Numbered from the stretch's first letter, positions 28,998 through 38,366 are shown. The stretch is DNA of 64,000 nt from an uncultured virus (IMG/VR IMGVR_UViG_3300021963_000095) (IMGVR_UViG_3300021963_000095), one strand, 5' to 3'. The notes: generated by a model not told the origin, from the sequence alone. Translations and numbers: made by a program.

Positions 28998-29938
28998 TCA
29001 AACTCACACGAAATCATAACTTCGGTTAAAAAGGCAACTAAATTCACTTCTTGGTTTGCTACAAATGCCGCTTGATATTGATATCTAGCGAGAAGCAAAA
29101 TTGCTTCAGGAACACTCTGAGGTTTAAGAAATTCGGAAAAAGATTCATACATCTTTTTGTAGATAAGAACAGGGTCTTGGTCTGTGTTGTCTGCGGCCCA
29201 CTTTCTAACTTTTGCAAAGTCTTTTGATTTAAGGGCACCAGTTAAATCACGAATATTTGTATCACCAGCAACAAGAATGCCAGAATCAATCTTACCTGAA
29301 ACTGAATATCGTTGAAGTTCATTTAATACTCTGCGCCAATCGGGAAAGAATTTTTCAACAAGTGTGGCAACAACTTTAGAATCCGCCTCAACATTTTCTG
29401 CCGACAAAATATCAATCACTTTCTTGAAGAAAGTTGCGGCAATCTTTGGTTTGTCTGCTGGTTCAATTTTAAAATCTATAACTGAACAACGAGAATGTAG
29501 AGGTTCAATGATTCGATTTTTGTAATTACATGTCATAATGAATCGACATGTTTTACTATACTCTTCAATGAAATTACGCATTGCAGGTTGAACGGTCTGA
29601 GGATTCAGATAATCTGCCTCATCAATAATCACTACTTTTTTAGAACCAGTTAAAGATACTGTTGATGCAAAACCTTTAATTGTTGTTCGTAGTGTGTCAA
29701 TAAGGCGCCCTTCATCTGAACCATTAATCATGAGAACATCATAATCAAGTTCATTACAAAGCGCCTTAGCGACTGTTGTTTTACCTATACCTGGACCACC
29801 AGAAAGAATCAAATTAGGAATTTGTCCTTGCTCAACAAACTCTTTAAAAGTTTGTTTCAATTCTTTTGGTAGAACACAATCATCAATTGTTTTTGGGCGA
29901 TACTTTTCAACCCACAAAAAATCTTCACGCTCAATCAT
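28994..29938 (-). CDS. 44: clamp loader large subunit (gp44)
   Basis: WVEKYRP, GPGIGKTT, IIDEAD, SRC. Confidence 0.95.
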   Translation of the reverse strand: MIEREDFLWVEKYRPKTIDDCVLPKELKQTFKEFVEQGQIPNLILSGGPGIGKTTVAKALCNELDYDVLMINGSDEGRLIDTLRTTIKGFASTVSLTGSKKVVIIDEADYLNPQTVQPAMRNFIEEYSKTCRFIMTCNYKNRIIEPLHSRCSVIDFKIEPADKPKIAATFFKKVIDILSAENVEADSKVVATLVEKFFPDWRRVLNELQRYSVSGKIDSGILVAGDTNIRDLTGALKSKDFAKVRKWAADNTDQDPVLIYKKMYESFSEFLKPQSVPEAILLLARYQYQAAFVANQEVNLVAFLTEVMISCEFE

Positions 29939-29955
29939 AATAAAACCTCACAAAG

Positions 29956-30177
29956 TTAAACTGCTGAAAATAAACGACCTACAACATCAAGATATGATTC
30001 AGTAACATTATAGACATGGCCATCTGACATAACGATGTTTGTACCCTCTTCATACATTGCCTCATCGCATTTACCAATCTCAATTACTGCGACAACTTGA
30101 GTGGGATTGAGTGCTACACTTTTAATTCCCCAATCACGAATTGTTCTCAATGTTGGTGTAAAATGTTGTAACGACAT
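29956..30177 (-). CDS. hypothetical protein (FlbD-like small beta protein)
   Basis: ALNP..V..V.E...T.I.M.DG..Y.V.ES pattern. Confidence 0.5.
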   Translation of the reverse strand: MSLQHFTPTLRTIRDWGIKSVALNPTQVVAVIEIGKCDEAMYEEGTNIVMSDGHVYNVTESYLDVVGRLFSAV

Positions 30178-30180
30178 AGT

Positions 30181-30846
30181 TTACCCCTTATTATATTTGC
30201 TGTCTTCTAGTGCAATCCAATATTTTAGTTTACGGTTCTTTGCGGTGAATTGCGAGATGTTCAACTTCGATAATTTAACTTCATAATCATCAGCAATAAT
30301 CTTCCAATGTTCAGATTTAAAATTCATTTCGAACTTGCCATCTGAATCACATTCAATTGATGTATCGTAATTGTTTGAAGAGGAATTCTTTTTATCACGA
30401 ACAGAAAGAGAAACACCATCATCGTTAGATGAAATTGTGATATCAGGAAGAGACATAACACTTGACGCTTTAAGTGTGTCTAAAATTGTTTGTTGCGACA
30501 GATTAAATGTCACTTCGCAATCAGGCATTGTAATTGATTTTTTAGGAACAACTAAGTTTTCTTTGTTCGCATAAAAATATTTACTCTTCACACGACCCTT
30601 AGAAAAAATCATATGTGTATCATTGAATTCAATATCAGCATCTTCAAATAAAGAGAAGGTGCTTAGAAAAGCATTCAAATCGTAGATTGCAACTTCAACA
30701 GGAAAGTTTTCTGCAATTTCTGCTTCCGCAAAAATGTTTTTCATGCCTGAAATTGTTTGTAGTTTGTTACCAGGATTAATTAGAATATTTTCATTGATTG
30801 TAGAAAAATTCTTCAAAATCTCTAGTGTTGTTTTACTGATTTTCAT
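30181..30846 (-). CDS. 45: sliding clamp (gp45)
   Basis: TLEILKNFSTIN, IYDLNAFL, YWIALE. Confidence 0.93.
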   Translation of the reverse strand: MKISKTTLEILKNFSTINENILINPGNKLQTISGMKNIFAEAEIAENFPVEVAIYDLNAFLSTFSLFEDADIEFNDTHMIFSKGRVKSKYFYANKENLVVPKKSITMPDCEVTFNLSQQTILDTLKASSVMSLPDITISSNDDGVSLSVRDKKNSSSNNYDTSIECDSDGKFEMNFKSEHWKIIADDYEVKLSKLNISQFTAKNRKLKYWIALEDSKYNKG

Positions 30847-31189
30847 CGTTCACCTCTTTCGAATATAATATATCATGTTCATACAAAAAGAATAGGCAAC
30901 ACATTGCATGTGCCAAGTGATGGGTTCCCGATTCAGGGTCCATCTGTTCACCTTCTTTCCAAGCCCACAGATGCCTTTGCATGGCATCAAAGTATCTGCG
31001 TTTGGAATCTGGAACTATCTTCCAATTATCAGGTTCGTATTTCTCTGCACCAAAGGTCAATACCTTGACCATCTCTTTCAATGCAAGAGGTGGGATAAGT
31101 CCATATTGCAACTTACCGCCATCAAATTTTCTGCCACCTGTTGTAGCATTTTGTGATTCTTTAATTGTATCTCTATTTAATTTTTTCAT
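30833..31189 (-). CDS. dATP/dGTP diphosphohydrolase-like protein (DUF5664)
   Basis: KFDGGK, FGAEKY..DNW, RHL, DPESG.HHLAHA; start placed at MKKLNRD downstream of the terminator. Confidence 0.8.
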   Translation of the reverse strand: MKKLNRDTIKESQNATTGGRKFDGGKLQYGLIPPLALKEMVKVLTFGAEKYEPDNWKIVPDSKRRYFDAMQRHLWAWKEGEQMDPESGTHHLAHAMCCLFFLYEHDILYSKEVNDENQ

Positions 31190-31204
31190 CAACACTCTTA
31201 TGAG

Positions 31205-31236
31205 AAAAAAGGGGCAAGTGCCAAAACACCGCCCCA
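31205..31236 (-). terminator. intrinsic terminator
   Basis: GGGGC/GCCCC stem with inner GTG/CAC, then T6 on the minus strand. Confidence 0.7.
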
Positions 31237-31251
31237 TTTTCACTACTTAGA

Positions 31252-31512
31252 TTAAGCGGCGAATGCGCTGTCACCAAGAACTTTATGTGCGACAGAAACC
31301 ATTGAACGAGTTGGGCGACCAGAACGGTATTCGACCGACTGCGAACCCTTGCGTGGGTTACTGTAGATGCAATAACCTTTTTGGCGTAGGTCATAGATTC
31401 GGGCGCTCATACGCTCAACACCGAACATGCTTTGTGCTTGTTTGGCGGTTAGAGTTTTACCTTCTTTAGAAAAGAAAGATTCAAGTTTCTCTAGTTGAGT
31501 TTTATTTGACAT
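31252..31512 (-). CDS. small winged-helix/HTH DNA-binding protein
   Basis: LTAKQAQSMFG..MSARIYDLRQKGY pattern; GGAG SD before the ATG at 31512. Confidence 0.7.
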   Translation of the reverse strand: MSNKTQLEKLESFFSKEGKTLTAKQAQSMFGVERMSARIYDLRQKGYCIYSNPRKGSQSVEYRSGRPTRSMVSVAHKVLGDSAFAA

Positions 31513-31536
31513 AATTATCAATCTCCATATTGAAAT

Positions 31537-31584
31537 ACCACGATGTAATAAAATCCAGAATGGCGTGGTCGACCACTCTGGATT
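31537..31584 (-). ncRNA. predicted leader pseudoknot/switch upstream of the HTH gene
   Basis: Stem AAUCCAGA/UCUGGAUU; loop ACCACG complementary to downstream CGUGGU. Confidence 0.45.
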
Positions 31585-31619
31585 CGAAACTGTTAATCAG
31601 TTTCTATATCATTAATGTA

Positions 31620-32825
31620 TCAGAAAGGTTGTTCCTCTGCAACACTATTTTCGGTAGAAGTAACTTGTGTTGCATTCTCTTCCATTTGACCAGAATCTAC
31701 TTTCGTATAGAGGTCAATGAATGCCGATTTCGTTTCGCTATCAAAACGATTGACACCGAGTTGAACTGCCTTTAGTTTATCTTTAAAGATTGCGTAACCT
31801 TGCACGATACGAACAAGGCGGCGAGTAGAAACAATCTCATCAATTGCACCTTGTGCAAAAGTATCACGAATCACATTTGCCCACTTAACAAGTTTTTCGG
31901 CAAAGTCAACATCATCGATACCTTTCTTTTCAAGTTCGGCAACAATAATTTTTTTCTCTACTGTAGCGGCAGGATATTCCTGTTCGATTGTAATTGCAAA
32001 ACGCTCAAGGAATGCCTCATCAAGAATTTGTGCGGCAGAGAAACGACCATCATCACTACCACGACCTTTGGTATTTGCAGTAGCAATCACTTGAAATCCT
32101 GAGGCGGCGTTAATCACCTCGCCAGTCTTATCGTTAAGGAATGCTTTACCATCAATCACTTCTTGCAAACACATTAGACGGTTGGTACCACGGTCAATCT
32201 CATCAAGGAGTAGGACCGCACCACGGCGCATTGCTAACAGCACAGGACCTTCACGGAATACTACATTACCATCAATCAGAGTTTCACCACCGATTAGAGA
32301 ATCTTTATCAGTCTCAGGACCAATGTTCACTTTTACAACTTCACGACCAAGATTGGCACACACTTGTTCAACCATCAAAGTCTTACCATTACCAGAAAGA
32401 CCAGAGATGAAAACAGGATAGAAAATCTTAGATTGAATGATACCTTTAAGGTCATTGAAGAAACCAAAAGGAGCATAACCTTTAAATTTTTCAGGAATAA
32501 GGTTGGCAACATCTTGTTGCATTTTCGCTTGTTGCAAAACTTTTTGGTTTGGCATTTGAATTACTTGTGCAACCGCTTGGGCGTATTCCATTTCAGGTTC
32601 AGGTTTTGTCACTACAGGTTTTGTTTTAACAACTGATTGGCCGGCGTCAACACTCGGCACTTCATATTGACCACGACCAACACGATACTTATCATTAATA
32701 AAATATGTTGGTGTTGTGAAACCATTCTCATCGGCAAAATTTACAATCTCATCACGGGTTAGAACCGTGCCAGGTTTGAAACTTTGTGAGAGAACTTCGA
32801 AAAACTGTTTTTGCTTTGCATTCAT
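31620..32825 (-). CDS. MoxR-type AAA+ ATPase (CobS-like)
   Basis: GLSGNGKT, LLLDEID, ATANTKGRG, AFLERF. Confidence 0.9.
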   Translation of the reverse strand: MNAKQKQFFEVLSQSFKPGTVLTRDEIVNFADENGFTTPTYFINDKYRVGRGQYEVPSVDAGQSVVKTKPVVTKPEPEMEYAQAVAQVIQMPNQKVLQQAKMQQDVANLIPEKFKGYAPFGFFNDLKGIIQSKIFYPVFISGLSGNGKTLMVEQVCANLGREVVKVNIGPETDKDSLIGGETLIDGNVVFREGPVLLAMRRGAVLLLDEIDRGTNRLMCLQEVIDGKAFLNDKTGEVINAASGFQVIATANTKGRGSDDGRFSAAQILDEAFLERFAITIEQEYPAATVEKKIIVAELEKKGIDDVDFAEKLVKWANVIRDTFAQGAIDEIVSTRRLVRIVQGYAIFKDKLKAVQLGVNRFDSETKSAFIDLYTKVDSGQMEENATQVTSTENSVAEEQPF

Positions 32826-32856
32826 AATAAAGATACCTTTCTCAATTTATACAGAT

Positions 32857-32885
32857 ATTATATCGCACTTCCACACATTTGTCAA
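32857..32885 (-). promoter_or_regulatory. consensus sigma70 promoter
   Basis: TTGACA-17-TATAAT. Confidence 0.85.
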
Positions 32886-32892
32886 GAGGGGG

Positions 32893-32910
32893 TGTTGTTT
32901 TTATACAACG
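32893..32910. promoter_or_regulatory. palindromic operator-like site TGTTG-N8-CAACG (copy 2)
   Basis: tgttgtttttatacaacg inside a larger GGGG/CCCC inverted repeat, 7 nt upstream of the -35. Confidence 0.55.
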
Positions 32911-32923
32911 CCCCAATCTCGCA

Positions 32924-35233
32924 TTACGCAATCATTTCGGAAAACTTTGTTAACAGCACACGGTTTTGAACACGACCTCCTGTAAATTTTGCGAATTGTT
33001 TTACCATTTGTGATTTGGTTGCGGAAGAATCGATTGTCAAATCTTCATCATCACAATCAAGATTATCGCCACCTTTGACTAGGAAATACTCATCATAGCC
33101 AAGGTCGAAACCGGTCAACAATTTTTCACTATGGAACATTTTTGATTTTGTTGCAACTTCATCTGAATAACCAATCATACCAACATTCTCAGTAAGAAAC
33201 TGGCGAATGGCGCCACGCTTGTCATCAAGAACATGGAAACAAATAAAATTCGAATCGTGGTTTTTGCGAATCAGTTTCAATAAACCTTTTGTAAAATTAC
33301 ATGCACGATTTGCACCACCATTGTATCCGAATTCTAATTCTTGTTCTCTATTGGTTTTGCGGTCACGCACAACCAAACGGCATTGGCGATGCGTTTGAAT
33401 ATAATATGTTGACTGAATATCTTTATTGGTTGTATTATCACGAACCAGAGTATTCACATTTTGCAAAATGTGACCTTCACCATCTGTAAGAATTACACTA
33501 TGCACAATTTGTGCCTTTGTTTGTTTCTTGAAGATTGGCAGATATTGATTCATGAAAATCAATCCTTCATTCAAAGGTGTGCCTGACAATCTAAAGTATT
33601 CTGGCAACAGGTCATACGCACCACCACCGAACCTACGGCGAAAATCTGTATTAGATGAAACCGCAACATAAAACAAAGATTCACACATTGCGGCATAATC
33701 GGCAGTCTTCATTGTAGAAGAAAGCATACTCAACATATTGAATTGCTCAACTTCGAATTCGTTAATAGCAAAATCAGCGTTGCGTGGAACCAATTGAGAA
33801 ACTTGCTCTCTAGTCAAATACTTTCCGTATTTTTGTTTGTAGTCACTAGTAAAGGCAAATACTTCAAAAGGAATAGAATTTTTGCGGCAGAATTGTGTAA
33901 GTGCAATCAATTGCTTTACTGTGCCGAGAAGATTAGATGCCATAGAACCAGACCAGTCAAGCATGAACAACAATGCATGGTTCTTACCTTCTGGCATATT
34001 AGTAATACGGAGAAAAATGTCATCGGTCAACTGATATTTGTGAACCTTTGTCATATCAAGTTTACCTGATTTTGAAACACTAGCACGGCGCATAAGGTCT
34101 GCCGATTTACGCATTTCAAATTCTTTTGAAAGTAATGAAACAACTTTCTTATTTTCTTCCATGAATTTTTTGTAGTCATCAAGCATGCTTCTTGGATAAC
34201 AATGTGCCTCAAGTGCATTCTTATATGCGGAATTAAAACCAGCAACAACTTCACTAATCGGAACAATTACATTTTTCAAATTTAGTGTTGGGATATCAAC
34301 ATACGATACTTCCATACTAGATTTGTCAAGTAACAACTCTTCACGATTACGAAACTCTTCATCAGTTTCACCAGCATCAAAAGTCATCTCTTCATATTCT
34401 TCATCAGGCAATTCTGTGCCGTCATCAAAACTATTGTCAAGGCGAGTTTCCTGTTCATTCTCATCGGAAGATTCTTGAGTTTCTTCAACAGGTGCGGGTG
34501 ATTGTTCCTCTTCACCGTCTTCACCATCATTCTCATCTTCGAACATTTCTTCTTCAGTCATGCCAGAAGAACCGTCTTCATACTGATTGTCAATTTCTTC
34601 ACTATCGTATTCTTGATACTCTTCCGCTTGTTGTTCTTTTTGTTGTTCTTTTTTCTCTTCGTATTTTTTCTTGTCAAACGCATAAACTTCTAATGCAACA
34701 GCAAGGGCATCATTGAAGGTCATTGCCTTGCGGGCAAGGCCAAGCAAACGCAACTCTTCATCATTCAAATCAATTTTGATATGGGCGCCAATTTTAGTGA
34801 TTAGATTAATTTTATCAATCAAATACAAATCATTCAAATTTTTACCATTGACACCGAACAAGTCTTTTTTCGCCAACTCGGAATAACCAACTTGAAACGA
34901 ATAAACTAGACCAGGATATTTTTGTTTTACTAGTTTCTCAATGCGAACATCTTCTAAGACATTCATATATTGATGAGGAACTTTTGATTGGGTTTGAGTA
35001 TCGTGATAACCGAACTCAGGTGTGAATAGTGCATGACCAACTTCATGCCCTAGCAAAAGGTCAAGAGTTTCTTCTTGCAAATCTTTTGACCACATAGGGA
35101 GAGTTAAGATACGCTCTTTTACATTGAACATTGCCGTAGAGACTTTGCGGCGCTCTACTGTAATGTTCTCAGATGCGAGAAGGCGAGCCAAAGCATTTTT
35201 GGACGCCTCTTTTTGTTTCATTTCAAGAATCAT
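32924..35233 (-). CDS. metallopeptidase + VWA domain protein (CobT-like partner of the MoxR ATPase)
   Basis: HEVGH, NVLEDVRIE, acidic linker, LDWSGSM MIDAS, GTPL, LTDGE. Confidence 0.85.
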   Translation of the reverse strand: MILEMKQKEASKNALARLLASENITVERRKVSTAMFNVKERILTLPMWSKDLQEETLDLLLGHEVGHALFTPEFGYHDTQTQSKVPHQYMNVLEDVRIEKLVKQKYPGLVYSFQVGYSELAKKDLFGVNGKNLNDLYLIDKINLITKIGAHIKIDLNDEELRLLGLARKAMTFNDALAVALEVYAFDKKKYEEKKEQQKEQQAEEYQEYDSEEIDNQYEDGSSGMTEEEMFEDENDGEDGEEEQSPAPVEETQESSDENEQETRLDNSFDDGTELPDEEYEEMTFDAGETDEEFRNREELLLDKSSMEVSYVDIPTLNLKNVIVPISEVVAGFNSAYKNALEAHCYPRSMLDDYKKFMEENKKVVSLLSKEFEMRKSADLMRRASVSKSGKLDMTKVHKYQLTDDIFLRITNMPEGKNHALLFMLDWSGSMASNLLGTVKQLIALTQFCRKNSIPFEVFAFTSDYKQKYGKYLTREQVSQLVPRNADFAINEFEVEQFNMLSMLSSTMKTADYAAMCESLFYVAVSSNTDFRRRFGGGAYDLLPEYFRLSGTPLNEGLIFMNQYLPIFKKQTKAQIVHSVILTDGEGHILQNVNTLVRDNTTNKDIQSTYYIQTHRQCRLVVRDRKTNREQELEFGYNGGANRACNFTKGLLKLIRKNHDSNFICFHVLDDKRGAIRQFLTENVGMIGYSDEVATKSKMFHSEKLLTGFDLGYDEYFLVKGGDNLDCDDEDLTIDSSATKSQMVKQFAKFTGGRVQNRVLLTKFSEMIA

Positions 35234-35262
35234 AATGTAACCTCTTCACATTCAATATTGCT

Positions 35263-35291
35263 AGTATAACTGAAATTGTTTTCCATGTCAA
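35263..35291 (-). promoter_or_regulatory. sigma70-type promoter
   Basis: TTGACA-17-TATACT. Confidence 0.8.
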
Positions 35292-35312
35292 GTGTATTTA
35301 TTGGCAAACAAT

Positions 35313-35627
35313 TCATAGAGAATTTAACTCAGGTTTGAATTTGGCAATCAACTCACGCTCTCGGTCATGGGCGGCAGACTTGCCACGCACAATGTCAACC
35401 ACTTCACGCTTGAAAACTTCGGGACCGTATTCACGGATTGACATGCACAATGCCCAATCAAGATTTTCTTTATAGGCACGACTGACATGTTTTTGAAAGC
35501 GGACTTTAACCGCACGGACTTTAGCAGAACCTTGTGCAACCGTCACACCAATATAGGACTCACCAGAGACCTTGTTGGTCAATCGATATATCACATGATT
35601 TCGGTCAACTCTTTTCTTTCTCATCAT
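35313..35627 (-). CDS. stand-alone GIY-YIG nuclease domain protein
   Basis: VIY...YIG, RFQKH, ERELI, ELN; start placed at MMRKK downstream of the -10 box. Confidence 0.75.
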   Translation of the reverse strand: MMRKKRVDRNHVIYRLTNKVSGESYIGVTVAQGSAKVRAVKVRFQKHVSRAYKENLDWALCMSIREYGPEVFKREVVDIVRGKSAAHDRERELIAKFKPELNSL

Positions 35628-35633
35628 GTTATT

Positions 35634-35661
35634 AGTATAACACAATGGGCAGATATGTCAA
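35634..35661 (-). promoter_or_regulatory. sigma70-type promoter
   Basis: TTGACA-16-TATACT with extended TGn. Confidence 0.75.
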
Positions 35662-35676
35662 GCGGAATGTGCCGTT

Positions 35677-35694
35677 TGTTGCACAAAAACAACA
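35677..35694. promoter_or_regulatory. palindromic operator-like site TGTTG-N8-CAACA (copy 3)
   Basis: tgttgcacaaaaacaaca, 15 nt upstream of the -35. Confidence 0.6.
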
Positions 35695-35706
35695 CAAAAA
35701 CTCACA

Positions 35707-35756
35707 ATTTCACTATATGAAATCGCTTATTTTACTACTTTTTCGCTATATGAAAT
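35707..35756. repeat. two copies of the imperfect palindrome TTTCRCTATATGAAAT
   Basis: atttcactatatgaaat (35707-35723) and tttcgctatatgaaat (35741-35756), 33-bp period. Confidence 0.7.
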
Positions 35757-37345
35757 TAAGGTTTTCTGAACACAAAAATGGGTTCGTATTTCAACCAGAT
35801 TCCGTTAACCTTACAAAAGTTTTTTGCTTTAGGTAAACCTGTTTCTGAATCAACTCTATTACCACCTGGCATTTGTGCAAGTGACATTTTAAGAGTAGAC
35901 ACATATTCCATACCAAGTTCTTTTAGAATATCACACGAATCTTTTTCAAGAGGTAAGATATCAGGACCAAATTTTGCATCAGCAATATTCCAAAGTAAAT
36001 ATCTGTCTGACGCTAACCAAGAAACTGCGGTTTCAAGTGTTGGTCGTAAAAATCCATTTACCCATTCTTGATACTGACCAAACTTTTTATATGATTGTGT
36101 TGGGTCATCTGAGTATGCCTCTTTAGCAAAGTATGGTGGTGATGTAAACACCATGTCTAATTTACCTTTGTATTTCTTAAATTCAGGAATGTTTTGCATC
36201 TCTTCTGAACCAGAGAAATAAAATTCATATGTGTTTGTTCCATCACCAAAGAATGAATTGCCACGATATGTTTTTGTGTTGAAAAAATTTGCTAGATTTT
36301 CATACTTAGATTTTTGACCTAATTCGTCTTCAATTTGATGGTCTGTATTTGGGTCACAACCAATGTAGTGAATGTGTCTATCATCTTTTACTGCCATTGC
36401 GCCAAGAATTCGACCACCCCAACCAGACGATGGGTCCCAAACATTAATTTGTTCTTGACCTTTAATATGATTTGTAAATCTCTCATATAGATATTTTGCT
36501 GTTAACGGCGGAAAATTAACCGCATATTGACACCAAGAAATTCTAAACGCTTTGAATCCTACAGGAAATAATTTTTGTCCATATTCATAAAATCTAATCT
36601 GATAAGAACCTGCTGGTCTGTTTGCACTTAGATTTCTCAAACATTTTTCTGGAATAGGTAATGATTCAATTTGTTCTTTTGTGATTTGAATCCATTTCAC
36701 ATTTTTCAAGTCTTCATTGTAACCTGTGTATTCTGAATCTTCATCTTTCTTTTGGTCAATCCAATAATCATGAGTTCCATATTGACGAGCATTTTCTTCA
36801 AACCAATTAATGAATGATTCTGCATCTTTCACATGATGCGTTTGTGTTCCAACTTGAACAACTTGCCCCGTTTTAATTGGTGCTGAATAATGATAGAATG
36901 AATCACGCTTGAAATGTCGAGAACCATATTTTAACACTTTATCAAGTAATGAATCATCTACAAAATGGTCATAGATTGAACGACCATCATCTTTACTAGA
37001 ATAGTTGATTCTAGTTTTCATCATTGTAGGAAACCATTGATTGGCCGCATTACCAATAACGCTAGTATTGCGAATTACATCTTTTTCATTGTTAAACTCA
37101 TTTAACACTTCAAACTCATGAACAGGAAAGTTTGACATTTGATTGAACTGATTGATAATCTCTTCTTCATCAAAACCAACTCTAGGCGGAAGACCCATTT
37201 CATCCCATGCATAAGCAACAACTTTACGCATCTCAATCATCCACTCTTTAAATTCTTCATCGGTCATCCACATGACCTGCTCAAATGTTTTATTTACTTC
37301 ATGGTCAAGAACATATCTGTTCTTTTCATAGAAAAATTTATTCAC
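35756..37345 (-). CDS. SAM-dependent amino-type DNA methyltransferase-like protein (paralog 2) with long N-terminal region
   Basis: VWDPSSGWGGR, IGCDPN, FTSPPYF, YEPIFVF. Confidence 0.75.
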   Translation of the reverse strand: MNKFFYEKNRYVLDHEVNKTFEQVMWMTDEEFKEWMIEMRKVVAYAWDEMGLPPRVGFDEEEIINQFNQMSNFPVHEFEVLNEFNNEKDVIRNTSVIGNAANQWFPTMMKTRINYSSKDDGRSIYDHFVDDSLLDKVLKYGSRHFKRDSFYHYSAPIKTGQVVQVGTQTHHVKDAESFINWFEENARQYGTHDYWIDQKKDEDSEYTGYNEDLKNVKWIQITKEQIESLPIPEKCLRNLSANRPAGSYQIRFYEYGQKLFPVGFKAFRISWCQYAVNFPPLTAKYLYERFTNHIKGQEQINVWDPSSGWGGRILGAMAVKDDRHIHYIGCDPNTDHQIEDELGQKSKYENLANFFNTKTYRGNSFFGDGTNTYEFYFSGSEEMQNIPEFKKYKGKLDMVFTSPPYFAKEAYSDDPTQSYKKFGQYQEWVNGFLRPTLETAVSWLASDRYLLWNIADAKFGPDILPLEKDSCDILKELGMEYVSTLKMSLAQMPGGNRVDSETGLPKAKNFCKVNGIWLKYEPIFVFRKP

Positions 37346-37767
37346 AAATCTAATCCTCTAAACATAGCAATTTTTTTATCTGTATGGAAATCTATACATA
37401 TTGTATTATTACACAATATAATTCTCCCGTCAAGTGCAGGAATGAATATTTGTTCATCAATATCGGAAATCATAATTCTATCTTTTTCTACCAAAATATC
37501 CGAGTTATCCATTACAACAAATAAATCCCATTTTGAACTTCTAGAAACTTGAATTTTTTTATAGGATTGAGGAAAAACAAATTTTTCATATTTCGTATTG
37601 AATAGAATTCCCAATTCTTTCATACAATATCGAAAAAGCATTCGTTCAGATTCATTTGGAAAATTATTAATATTTTTTCTTATTAAATCAATTTTACTTT
37701 TTCTGCCAACATCTAATTGATTAAATTCATTAAAAATAATATCATCTACAATTATAGGTTCTCTCAT
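37342..37767 (-). CDS. hypothetical protein
   Basis: 141-aa ORF with 4-nt overlaps on both sides; faint resemblance to a 2OG-oxygenase lacking HxD. Confidence 0.6.
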   Translation of the reverse strand: MREPIIVDDIIFNEFNQLDVGRKSKIDLIRKNINNFPNESERMLFRYCMKELGILFNTKYEKFVFPQSYKKIQVSRSSKWDLFVVMDNSDILVEKDRIMISDIDEQIFIPALDGRIILCNNTICIDFHTDKKIAMFRGLDL

Positions 37768-38366
37768 TTTTCAATTCCTTTCCACACTAATGACATTCTC
37801 AATGTCTGATTGTCTCTTGATGTTCCTGCTCGGTGCTGTAATGTTGAATCAAATAATACAAATCTTCCAGCAACAAAATCAACAGTTTCTATTCTATTAT
37901 CATATAAAGTTTCAACCTTATTCTGATAATATGGGATTTTAAAGTCTGTTCCTGTGCATGCATAGTCATCTGTGTTAATATAATACAATAAAGTAACTCT
38001 ATCGCCAGAACCAATATCTGAATCTGCATGATATCCAGATTGAATATTATATGGCGTTCCTGTTAAATAGAATGACAAATAATTTTCTACTTGTCTTAAA
38101 TTAAAAATATCTTTTGCTGTGTTTAATATTTTATTAACTACGCTATCTTTAGTCAAATCTCTATTGTAAATATCTTTATATGCTCTGAAAGATTTTGGTC
38201 TGTCTGCTTTTTTTCGATATTGTTCTCCATTACCATAATTTGGAAAAGGAGTTATTGTTCCTCTGAATTTCCATTGAGCATTTTCTAAAAAATAATTGTA
38301 AATGGTTTCACAATATTTCATATCGAAAACATTATCTTTATATTGAATCATTTTGCTACATTCCAT
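37764..38366 (-). CDS. 2OG-Fe(II) oxygenase
   Basis: YHAD, TLLYY, GRFVLFDSTLQH, RMS; true start may be MIQYK. Confidence 0.8.
   Translation of the reverse strand: MECSKMIQYKDNVFDMKYCETIYNYFLENAQWKFRGTITPFPNYGNGEQYRKKADRPKSFRAYKDIYNRDLTKDSVVNKILNTAKDIFNLRQVENYLSFYLTGTPYNIQSGYHADSDIGSGDRVTLLYYINTDDYACTGTDFKIPYYQNKVETLYDNRIETVDFVAGRFVLFDSTLQHRAGTSRDNQTLRMSLVWKGIEK

Noticed and set aside
31620..35233. CobS/CobT as a cobalamin-biosynthesis auxiliary gene pair
   Set aside because: No cobN or other cob genes are present. MoxR ATPase plus VWA-peptidase pairs are common in T4-like phages and more likely act as a chaperone system.
35700..35760. Mini CRISPR array
   Set aside because: Only two 16-nt copies with a 17-nt gap, and no cas genes.
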